37,112 bases of DNA, from the NCBI GenBank assembly GCA_024277325.1, contig JAJRVN010000035.1, forward strand, positions 1-37,112, read 5' to 3'. Shown piece by piece: positions 1 to 7,627 of this stretch. The translations under genes and the position numbers were made by a program. How positions within the stretch are numbered: the stretch's first letter is position 1; each line of letters starts with the position of its first letter. The DNA comes from Patescibacteria group bacterium. GTDB taxonomy: Bacteria; Patescibacteriota; Microgenomatia; JAADGY01. Below the pieces are notes generated by a model that was given only the letters and a program-made list of their open reading frames with translations, was not told the DNA's origin and ran no database searches.

Positions 1-1
1 G

Positions 2-907
2 CTCGAGCAGATTAAATACACCGTTAACCAAAACCGCCGAATCGGACTGGGGGTTATGGGCTGGGCCGACCTGCTTTATTTGCTGGGAATCGGTTATGAC
101 CAGCCGGCAGCTTTGCGCTTAGCCAAGCGGTTGTCCAAGTTTATTCATGACGTTGCCTGGCAGGAGTCGGAAGAGTTAGCCAAAGAAAAAGCTCCTTTTC
201 CCCGATTTGCCAAGTCAAGCTTTGGCCGGCAAGGCCGCAAGCCGGTTCGCAACTTGGCCATCACCACGATAGCTCCGACCGGATCCATCTCCATGGTGGC
301 CGGAGTTTCTTCAGGTATCGAGCCGGTTTATGGTTTATCTTATGTCAAAAACGTGGTTAGCGATCAGGGTTTAACCTACACCAACTCAATACTTCTGACC
401 AAGTTAAAAGAAGAGAACTTGGATAAGCCGGAAATTTTAAGCCAAATAATTAAAACCGGCAGTCTGCAAGACATCAAGCAACTGCCTCAAACCATAAAAA
501 CCGTCTTCAAAGTGGCCCATGACATCAGCTGGCAAAACCATATCTTAATGCAGGCGGCCTGGCAAAAATGGATAGATAACGCCGTATCCAAGACCATAAA
601 CTTGCCCCATCAAGCTACAATCGAGGATATCAAGGGAGCTTATATTTTGGCCTGGCAAACCGGCTGCAAAGGCATCACGGTCTATCGTGATGGCTCCAAG
701 GACTATCAAGTACTGGAAAAGGGCCGGCAAATCAAAAAAGCCAACACAGCCGGCCAACCCTTGATTCAAAGCCGGATCAAGATAACTCCGTTGGCCAAGC
801 GGTCGGCCAACCAGCTGGCAAAGTGTCCGGTCTGCGGCGGCCGGTTAGCCCAAGAAGAAGGATGTAAGAAATGTTATGCTTGCGGTTGGAGCGCCTGCGA
901 AGGTTAA
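2..907 (+). CDS. nrdJ: Class II (adenosylcobalamin-dependent) ribonucleotide reductase, 3' part; 5' end lies outside the window
   Basis: Frame is open from position 2 (LEQIKYTVNQNRRIGLGVMGWAD). Motifs TIAPTGSIS, SSGIEP, AVSKTIN and GCKGITVYRDGS are present, plus a C-terminal CPVC...CKKCYACGWSAC Cys-rich tail typical of NrdJ. Confidence 0.92.
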   Translation, partial: LEQIKYTVNQNRRIGLGVMGWADLLYLLGIGYDQPAALRLAKRLSKFIHDVAWQESEELAKEKAPFPRFAKSSFGRQGRKPVRNLAITTIAPTGSISMVAGVSSGIEPVYGLSYVKNVVSDQGLTYTNSILLTKLKEENLDKPEILSQIIKTGSLQDIKQLPQTIKTVFKVAHDISWQNHILMQAAWQKWIDNAVSKTINLPHQATIEDIKGAYILAWQTGCKGITVYRDGSKDYQVLEKGRQIKKANTAGQPLIQSRIKITPLAKRSANQLAKCPVCGGRLAQEEGCKKCYACGWSACEG

Positions 908-945
908 ATAAAGCCTTAATTTATAACTTATTGGCCGTAATCGGT

Positions 946-951
946 TATAAT
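946..951 (+). promoter_or_regulatory. Putative -10 box 8 nt upstream of ATG 960 (leaderless-type start)
   Basis: TATAAT at 946-951; no Shine-Dalgarno before the ATG. Confidence 0.55.
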
Positions 952-959
952 CTATAACT

Positions 960-1814
960 ATGTCGCCTGAAACTCCACAATATTTACCTGAAATAGTGTC
1001 GCTTTTCAAAGGCAGAGCTTGGGTTTTTCCTGATGTTGGCTTTAACTGGCCGAAAGGGGCTGTCTTACCGCCCGGGCCAAGCTTTTGGCGCTTAAATGAG
1101 GCCGAGGTTTTAAGGCTTTTTAACTTGGCTCTAGATTCCGTAGCCGGCCAACAGTTAGGAAGGTGGAAAGAGAATGACATAAGCATTGTGGCCAACGGCC
1201 CGTTTCAAATACTTACCCGCTCTCGATTAGCCAGAGCCGGCTTGGAAATTAATTTCAAGTGGCCAGACCAGCTAGTTGTAAACAACTACAATTCTCAAGC
1301 TTCCTTTGTGGTCCCGCCAAACCAAGCCATAAGTATGGCCAGGCCTGTTTTTGGCTTGCCGATGGTGAAAAGCCGGTTTATTTTAGACATAAGTCACATA
1401 GGTGTTTTAAACGAAGAAGAACGAAAAATAATAAATATTCAGTCATTAATGCCGCCCATAAAGCCCGGTCAGGTTCCTAAATTAGTTTACAATGTTACCT
1501 GGCAAGAAAAAGGTTTCTTCCAAGACCTACCAAAGTCTGGCTTTAGCTTGTGTTTATCAGAGCCGGTCCAAGTGCCGTCGGATGAGGTTTGGCTTATCAA
1601 ACATAGCGTGCCCTATTTTCCCGACGGATATATTCATGTAAACTCGGCTGTTTTGGATCCAGAATCTGATTGTCCAATAACTTTGGAGATATATAGTTTC
1701 AACGAACAGATACCTGAATCTGTTAGCGTTTATAGGTCCAAATACGAAGAAGTAGATCGCCAAATTGAGCTGCCGGTTTTAACCGTTTCACCTCAAAACC
1801 AACTTGATATTTAA
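960..1814 (+). CDS. Divergent dCTP deaminase/dUTPase-fold protein, probably two tandem domains
   Basis: TRSRLARAGL and HVNSAVLDPESDCPITLEIY resemble the Dcd motifs RSSLARLGL and [20 protein letters not shown]; lies directly downstream of nrdJ. Confidence 0.55.
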   Translation: MSPETPQYLPEIVSLFKGRAWVFPDVGFNWPKGAVLPPGPSFWRLNEAEVLRLFNLALDSVAGQQLGRWKENDISIVANGPFQILTRSRLARAGLEINFKWPDQLVVNNYNSQASFVVPPNQAISMARPVFGLPMVKSRFILDISHIGVLNEEERKIINIQSLMPPIKPGQVPKLVYNVTWQEKGFFQDLPKSGFSLCLSEPVQVPSDEVWLIKHSVPYFPDGYIHVNSAVLDPESDCPITLEIYSFNEQIPESVSVYRSKYEEVDRQIELPVLTVSPQNQLDI

Positions 1815-1825
1815 GGTTTTGTTAT

Positions 1826-1834
1826 TGCTATAAT
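1826..1834 (+). promoter_or_regulatory. Extended -10 promoter (TGnTATAAT) 6 nt upstream of ATG 1841
   Basis: TGCTATAAT at 1826-1834. Confidence 0.65.
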
Positions 1835-1840
1835 AAACTT

Positions 1841-2212
1841 ATGTCGCTACCGGAAAGACCGCCAGAAAAATCTCAAGAGAGATTAAGTCAACCAACCTCG
1901 GCTGATTTGGCTGCGACCGAAAAGAAAATTCAAGAGATTGAGACCTGGCTGGAAAAATTGGAGGCCAACATTCCCCAAAACCAAAACCAAAACCAAAACC
2001 AAACCAGAGACAACAACGATGATAATGATCAAAGCGACGATCAAACACAGTCAACTACCCTAACCAAACCAATAATCTTACCTTTAACCAAGACCGAGAT
2101 CGAAACCGGCCTGCACCAGCCGATCTGGTCATCGGCTCATTGGCTGGCCGAGTGGGCCATCAGAATGATCAAAATGTACCATAATCGAGTTATGTATCCA
2201 GCGGTAGTTTAG
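1841..2212 (+). CDS. Hypothetical protein with a low-complexity Q/N/D linker and a Trp-containing C-terminal helix
   Basis: 123 aa ORF with its own -10 box; C-terminal LPLT...GLHQPIWSSAHWLAEW segment looks like a conserved module (from recollection, seen near CPR VirD4-like genes). Confidence 0.7.
   Translation: MSLPERPPEKSQERLSQPTSADLAATEKKIQEIETWLEKLEANIPQNQNQNQNQTRDNNDDNDQSDDQTQSTTLTKPIILPLTKTEIETGLHQPIWSSAHWLAEWAIRMIKMYHNRVMYPAVV
1975..2003 (+). repeat. (CCAAAA)x4 plus a partial copy, encoding QNQNQNQNQ
   Basis: Perfect hexamer tandem repeat read directly; frame-preserving. Confidence 0.9.
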
Positions 2213-2230
2213 TTTATCCAATCAAAGTAA

Positions 2231-2797
2231 GTGGAAAAACTTATGATCTCAACCAAAACCGGCGACAAAGGCAAAAGCCAATGGCAAACCACAAGGTTAA
2301 CCAAGGATTGCCCGAACTTTGATTTGATAGGAGACCTTGATGAGTTGATTTCCTTGTTGGGGGTAGTCAAGTCTTTTTTAGTCCAAGCCGAAGTTGAAGA
2401 TATCAAGCTTAAATTAAGCCGGATACAAAAAGACTTAATGCTTATCTCATCATTACTGGCCTACAAGCAAGTAGTCGAGGTAAAGCAAGTTATTCATGAT
2501 TTGAATAAAAGCTTAGAAACCATAGAAGTCGACCAAGAAGCTATCGAGGCCAACCTGCCCCACCAAACCGTTTTTTTACTGCCGGCCGGGGCCAAGCCGG
2601 CGGTTTTTTGTCAATTGGCCAGGGCCGTTGCCAGGCGGTGCGAACGGCGGGCCGTAGGCTATTTTAAAACCAACCGCCAACCGCCAAAGATAAGATCAAC
2701 GATTTTGCCATACCTGAATCGTTTATCTGATTATCTTTATTTGATCGCCAAGCTAATAAACAACCGTTTGCAAGTCAAAGAGGAGTGGTGGGTATGA
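2231..2797 (+). CDS. pduO: PduO-type ATP:cob(I)alamin adenosyltransferase
   Basis: Motifs TKTGDKGKS, GDLDEL, LARAVARRCER and YLNRLSDYLY; start may instead be ATG 2243. Confidence 0.9.
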   Translation: MEKLMISTKTGDKGKSQWQTTRLTKDCPNFDLIGDLDELISLLGVVKSFLVQAEVEDIKLKLSRIQKDLMLISSLLAYKQVVEVKQVIHDLNKSLETIEVDQEAIEANLPHQTVFLLPAGAKPAVFCQLARAVARRCERRAVGYFKTNRQPPKIRSTILPYLNRLSDYLYLIAKLINNRLQVKEEWWV

Positions 2798-2849
2798 TTA
2801 TAGATAATGGGTGATGAGCAAAAAGTAATAAGTCAAAAGAAACATTAAA

Positions 2850-2885
2850 AATTGACCTAATTTCTAATTGACCTAACCAACCTAA
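2850..2885 (+). repeat. Intergenic short direct repeats (AATTGACCTAA x2, then ACCTAA)
   Basis: AATTGACCTAA at 2850-2860 and 2866-2876, further ACCTAA at 2880-2885. Confidence 0.7.
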
Positions 2886-2969
2886 TCAATAACCAAATTC
2901 CAATGAGCAAATAAATTGAAGGAATCAAGTTAGGATTAAGCCTTTGAAGATAAAAGTTTGGGATTTTTA

Positions 2970-2998
2970 TTGTCTATCCATCTGACTTAGGTTACAAT
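2970..2998 (+). promoter_or_regulatory. Sigma70-type promoter for the VirD4-like gene
   Basis: TTGTCT (2970-2975), 17 bp, TACAAT (2993-2998); ATG follows after 5 nt. Confidence 0.55.
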
Positions 2999-3003
2999 AA
3001 ATC

Positions 3004-5337
3004 ATGTTCCAAGACTTTATCGATACCTTGATTTTAAGAGCAACAACTCTGGCAGTCAGTTTATTTGTTTTGATCTTTTCGTTAGCCGGTCTGGTTTTGG
3101 TTCTGTGGTTGATTTTCTTATGGCTAAAATATCGTAAAAGAGAAGAAAGGTCACTATCAATGGTGACTTTTGAGGTTAAGGTGCCAAAAGACAATGAGAT
3201 TAAAATAGATGCCGCCGACCAGATGTTCGCTTCTTTTTACTCGCTGGCCCACTCAGGTTTGTTGAGCTTTTTAAAACATCCAAGGCATATAACCCTGGAG
3301 ATCGTAGCCACGAAAGAAAATATCGGCTTTTACTTGAGTGTGCCAGAGGAAGACCAGCAACTTATAGAGAAGCAGATATACGGGGCATACCCAGAAGCCC
3401 AGATAGTTACGGTTGAGGACCATAATATCTTCACAAAAGACGGCTATGTGGAGTTCACAGCCTTAAAACTGAAAAAGCCTGAGTTTTGGCCGCTTAAAAC
3501 TTACAAAGAAATGGCCACCGACACAATCGCCCCGCTAACCTCGGCCATGGCTAAAATGGGGGAAGGAGAGGGAGGATTGCTGCAGATTGTTATCACCCCA
3601 GCTTCAGCCAAGTGGCAGAAACGGGGCAAAAGCTGGATAGCCTCAAAAAAGAAAGAAGAGTCAGACCCAAAGCAAGCCAAGTACAACATCGACCCAAAGA
3701 CCTATGAGTTAGTGGAAAATAAATGCTCAAAGCCCGGTTTTGTTACGGATATTAGGCTGGTAGTTGTTTCTCCCCAAAAACAAAGAGCCCAATCGCACTT
3801 AAAGGAAATACTAGCTATTTTTACCCAGTTCAAGTCGGCCTACAATAGCTTAACTACCAAGAACATCTGGCTAAAAAAGATGTTTATGCTTGATGTTATT
3901 TATCGCTACCTGCCATTGCTTGGCTCAAAATTAATCTTGAACACAGAAGAGTTGGCCAGCATTTTTCATTTTCCCAATAAAACCGTCGAGACGCCGTTTA
4001 TCCATTGGCTGATGGCCAAAAGAGCTCCCGCTCCAGCCGAAATACCTTCTTCAGGCTTGTTTTTAGGCTACAATCAGTTTCGTGGCATCAGGCGGCCGAT
4101 TTATATCCAAACACCGGATCGCCAACGGCACATGTATATCATTGGTAAAACCGGGGCCGGTAAATCTCAGTTTTTGCTTGATATGATGCTCCAGGACATT
4201 CGAGACGGTAAAGGTATCTGTTTTATCGACCCCCACGACACCATTGATCTGCTTTTAGAAATGATCCCACCTAATCGGGCCGAGGATGTTATTTACTTTA
4301 ACCCGGCCGACCTTGATCGTCCTTTCGGCTTAAACTTGCTTGAATACAAGACCGAAGACCAGAAGCAGTTTATCGCCTCATCGATTATTAATATGATGTA
4401 TAAATTATTCGATCCCCACAAGACCGGCATCGTTGGTCCTCGTTTTGAACACGCTGTTAGAAATGCCATTTTAACCGTCACGGCTGAGCCGGGGGCTTCA
4501 TTCGTTGAAATTGTCAGAGTTTTAACCGATGACAGCTACTTAAGATATCTATTACCTAAGGTTAAGGATCCGATGGTCAGACGCTACTGGACCGACCAGA
4601 TTGCTAAAACCAGCGAGTTCCATAAGTCTGAGGTTTTAGATTATATTGTTTCCAAATTCGGTCGTTTTGTTACCAACCCGATGATGAGAAATATCATCGG
4701 CCAGTCCAAGAGTTCCTTTGATTTTAGAAAGGCCATGGATGAGGGTAAGATATTATTAATCAATTTGGCCAAGGGCAGAATAGGTGAGGAGAACTCAAGT
4801 TTTTTGGGGCTGGTACTGGTGCCTAGAATTTTGATGGCCGCCATGAGTCGGCAAGACGTTCCCGAAGAGCAAAGACAAGACTTTTATCTTTATGTTGATG
4901 AGTTCCAAAACTTTGCCACACCTGACTTCGCCCAGATATTATCTGAGGCCAGAAAATACCATCTGAGCTTAACCGTCGCCAACCAATTCATCGGCCAGAT
5001 GGATGATGAGGTGAAAAATGCCATATTCGGCAACGTAGGCAGCTTGGTTTCTTTTAGAGTCGGGGTTACCGATGCCAACTACCTCCAACATGAGTTCGCC
5101 CCCACCTTCAACCAGACCGACCTTATCAATATCGAGAAATACAATGCCTATATCAAGACCATAGTCGGCAACCAACCGGTTGACCCTTTCTCTCTGGATT
5201 TAACCAAGGACATGAGCACCCAGGAGAAGATGCGGAATCGGAAAGTGGCTGAGATGATTATCGAACTGTCCCGGCTTAAATATGGCCGGGACCGTTATCA
5301 AATCGAAAGAGAAATAGCTCAAAGAGCCAGGTTATGA
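3004..5337 (+). CDS. VirD4/TraD/TrwB-like coupling ATPase (HerA/FtsK superfamily) with N-terminal membrane anchor
   Basis: N-terminal TM helix; RHMYIIGKTGAGKS (Walker A), FIDPH, LYVDEFQNF (Walker B), LSEARKY, ANQFIGQ, AIFGNVG. Confidence 0.85.
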   Translation: MFQDFIDTLILRATTLAVSLFVLIFSLAGLVLVLWLIFLWLKYRKREERSLSMVTFEVKVPKDNEIKIDAADQMFASFYSLAHSGLLSFLKHPRHITLEIVATKENIGFYLSVPEEDQQLIEKQIYGAYPEAQIVTVEDHNIFTKDGYVEFTALKLKKPEFWPLKTYKEMATDTIAPLTSAMAKMGEGEGGLLQIVITPASAKWQKRGKSWIASKKKEESDPKQAKYNIDPKTYELVENKCSKPGFVTDIRLVVVSPQKQRAQSHLKEILAIFTQFKSAYNSLTTKNIWLKKMFMLDVIYRYLPLLGSKLILNTEELASIFHFPNKTVETPFIHWLMAKRAPAPAEIPSSGLFLGYNQFRGIRRPIYIQTPDRQRHMYIIGKTGAGKSQFLLDMMLQDIRDGKGICFIDPHDTIDLLLEMIPPNRAEDVIYFNPADLDRPFGLNLLEYKTEDQKQFIASSIINMMYKLFDPHKTGIVGPRFEHAVRNAILTVTAEPGASFVEIVRVLTDDSYLRYLLPKVKDPMVRRYWTDQIAKTSEFHKSEVLDYIVSKFGRFVTNPMMRNIIGQSKSSFDFRKAMDEGKILLINLAKGRIGEENSSFLGLVLVPRILMAAMSRQDVPEEQRQDFYLYVDEFQNFATPDFAQILSEARKYHLSLTVANQFIGQMDDEVKNAIFGNVGSLVSFRVGVTDANYLQHEFAPTFNQTDLINIEKYNAYIKTIVGNQPVDPFSLDLTKDMSTQEKMRNRKVAEMIIELSRLKYGRDRYQIEREIAQRARL

Positions 5338-5657
5338 TGAATTTGGCCAATATCAAAGTTGTTGTCTTGGCGGGATTCTCAATAATTTTGACCTTTGTCA
5401 TAATCAGGCAGATAGGACTGGTTAAATCGGAATATTTAAAATTAAGCTACAACAAGGAATTGGAAGCTAAGATAGTCCAAGCCATAAATGAAAATCGGCA
5501 ACTCCAGCAAGAGCTGGTTAAAGCCCAAAAGCCATCCTATAAAGAACTCCAAGTCAGAAAACAGCTTTTACTTGGTTTCCCCGAAGAAGAGATATTTGTT
5601 TTAGATAAACCACTTTACCAGCCGCCGCCATTGAAACAGGTTAGGATTATAGATTAA
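5334..5657 (+). CDS. Septum formation initiator (FtsB/DivIC)-like protein
   Basis: N-terminal TM, coiled coil, and ELQVRKQLLLGFPEEEIF resembling the E..AR..LG...PGE motif; ATGA overlap with the upstream gene. Confidence 0.6.
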   Translation: MMNLANIKVVVLAGFSIILTFVIIRQIGLVKSEYLKLSYNKELEAKIVQAINENRQLQQELVKAQKPSYKELQVRKQLLLGFPEEEIFVLDKPLYQPPPLKQVRIID

Positions 5658-5706
5658 AATGAATAATAATAAACCCGCTTACTTATTTTGACAAGCTCTG
5701 GCTTTG

Positions 5707-5780
5707 TGCGCCTGGCAGGACTTGAACCTGCAACCCCCGACTTATAAGATCGGTGCTCTAACCGCTTGAGCTACAGGCGC
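5707..5780 (-). tRNA. tRNA-Ile with anticodon UAU; CCA not encoded
   Basis: Minus strand reads GCGCCTG TA GCTC AAGCGGTTA GAGC A CCGAT CTTATAA GTCGG GGGTT GCAGG TTCAAGT CCTGC CAGGCGC A, a full cloverleaf with anticodon TAT at 5744-5746. Confidence 0.95.
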
Positions 5781-5892
5781 TAAAACTCATTCATATTTTA
5801 TCATTTATAGCTTGTTTAGGGCGGTTTGACTGTTTTGGTCTTGTCGTGTTTATTTTAATCTTAGTCACTAAAATGCCAACTATCTAAAAACC

Positions 5893-7620
5893 TTAATTTT
5901 TCAAATAAACCGCCCGCCAAGGTTTGTAGGCAGAATAGAAGGTTTTTTGATAGATGATCCGGCCGTTTTTTTCAACCGTCCAGTCAAAAGCGGCTTTGGC
6001 ACCCCAAGCGGCCCACTCAATCTGCCGAGTTGTGCCTGGTAGTAGAGAAGGATCGTCTTGGTAGATCGGCGGTGGCGGTGGCGATTGGTCCCAGATACGA
6101 ACCTTGGATAGCTTAACCCTGCGATTGTCCTTAGTGCCGTAAAGCTTAAAGACCAGGTGCATCTTCTTTTTATCAATTTGAGTTTGGATCAAAAGGTATG
6201 AGGCCAGGTCGTTTTTAAACTTAAAATCAGCGTAGGGAGCGTAGACCGTCGCATCAAGACCAACCTGTGATTTTTGTTCATAGTAGCTGACTCGGTAAGA
6301 ATGAGCTCGGCGTTCAATAATCGGCAAGCCGGCGTTTAAAACAGCCCTAAACAAGGTGGTGGAAACTTGGCAAACCCCACCACCATCCCCCAAAATGGTT
6401 TTGCCGTTTTTAATGACGTAAGAAGATTTATAACCGGTCCGGGCCGAGACATCACCTAAATATTTATTGAAAGAAAACACCTCTCCCGGCGCCACCAAAA
6501 CCCCGTTCATCTTGGACGCTGCCAAGGCAATATTATGGACTCGATTGGCGATCGAATGAGCAAACCAAGACTCGCCCTGTCCAACCAGCTCTTTAATACC
6601 GTAATTATTAGAGTCAAGGGTGGTTATGTCAGGCTTGATAACTTGGCCGACAACGTGGATAATGATATCTTCAGCTGGACCCTGGCCATCGGTTGCCCTA
6701 ATAAAAGCTTGTTTGATTTGTTCTTTTAACCTTAAGGTATCAAGTTCAAAGCCGTCTTGCGAAGGCTTGAACAACTTGGCCCGGCCGGCTTCATACTGGA
6801 AAAGGGCATTTTTGGGAGATTGGTTGAAAACTTGCTTTTTGGCTGAGACCATCTCATCAAGAACGTCCTCATCGATTGTTTTATATAAAGAGATGAGGGC
6901 GATTTTTTCTTGGTTGGTGAGGTTGTTTTGTTTTTGGTTGTGTTTAAGGGATATTTGGCTTTTTAACAGTTTGGTGGCCTTGGCCAAGCCGGTCTGAATC
7001 GCTGACTTTGACGGAGTTAAAGATATATATTTTAAAGGGATTGGAATCGGTTTTGGTTGAGGATCGAGAAGATAGGTTTTTATTTTTTTGGCCAAACCGG
7101 CTTCGTCGATAATGTAACCATCCTTGGCCGGTATAAGATGTATATGTTTGACTGGATCATAAGATAGCTTGGCCGGTTGGGGCCGGTGCCAACTACCGCT
7201 GTAGGCGGTTTCAAGCTTGTTAATAATCAAAAGTAGATTAATGTCAAGAACTGGCTTCAGGTTGATGTTGGTGATTAAGCTGCGGTTGTAGATAAGCCAT
7301 CGCTGTCGCCAAGTTTTGGATTGGAAATTTTCAAGGTAAAGGTTAAAAGATTTATCAATCGATTGGTAAAACAAGCCATCGCCGGCCAGAGAAATTGTTT
7401 GTTGGTTGTAATTAAAGGTCAGGTTCTTGGTTGATTTTTTGTCTATAAGCTTGGCCTTTTGGCCGGCCCGGTAAGTGGGCAAAAGGCCAAGGTACACTCC
7501 GTCAAGATAAAACCTGACTGGAGTTATAGTTCCGGAAACAATCAATACGCCGGCAACGGTATAAATAACCATTAAGCCGGTAATGATTCCCAAACAGATA
7601 AACTTTAAACGCCTTGCCAT
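5893..7620 (-). CDS. VanW-family protein with N-terminal membrane anchor and probable peptidoglycan-binding repeats
   Basis: NRVHNI, PGEVFSFN, GGGVCQVSTTLFRA, ERRAHSY, GLDATV, DFKFKND. Confidence 0.9.
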   Translation of the reverse strand: MARRLKFICLGIITGLMVIYTVAGVLIVSGTITPVRFYLDGVYLGLLPTYRAGQKAKLIDKKSTKNLTFNYNQQTISLAGDGLFYQSIDKSFNLYLENFQSKTWRQRWLIYNRSLITNINLKPVLDINLLLIINKLETAYSGSWHRPQPAKLSYDPVKHIHLIPAKDGYIIDEAGLAKKIKTYLLDPQPKPIPIPLKYISLTPSKSAIQTGLAKATKLLKSQISLKHNQKQNNLTNQEKIALISLYKTIDEDVLDEMVSAKKQVFNQSPKNALFQYEAGRAKLFKPSQDGFELDTLRLKEQIKQAFIRATDGQGPAEDIIIHVVGQVIKPDITTLDSNNYGIKELVGQGESWFAHSIANRVHNIALAASKMNGVLVAPGEVFSFNKYLGDVSARTGYKSSYVIKNGKTILGDGGGVCQVSTTLFRAVLNAGLPIIERRAHSYRVSYYEQKSQVGLDATVYAPYADFKFKNDLASYLLIQTQIDKKKMHLVFKLYGTKDNRRVKLSKVRIWDQSPPPPPIYQDDPSLLPGTTRQIEWAAWGAKAAFDWTVEKNGRIIYQKTFYSAYKPWRAVYLKN

Positions 7621-7627
7621 AAGCTTA

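Noticed and set aside
2850-2885. CRISPR array or replication-origin iterons
   Set aside because: Repeats are only 11 bp in two copies with a 5-bp gap; no cas genes or DnaA-box cluster recognised
3004-5780. Integrative conjugative element inserted at the tRNA
   Set aside because: No integrase, relaxase, VirB genes or duplicated tRNA 3' end seen; flanks are housekeeping genes
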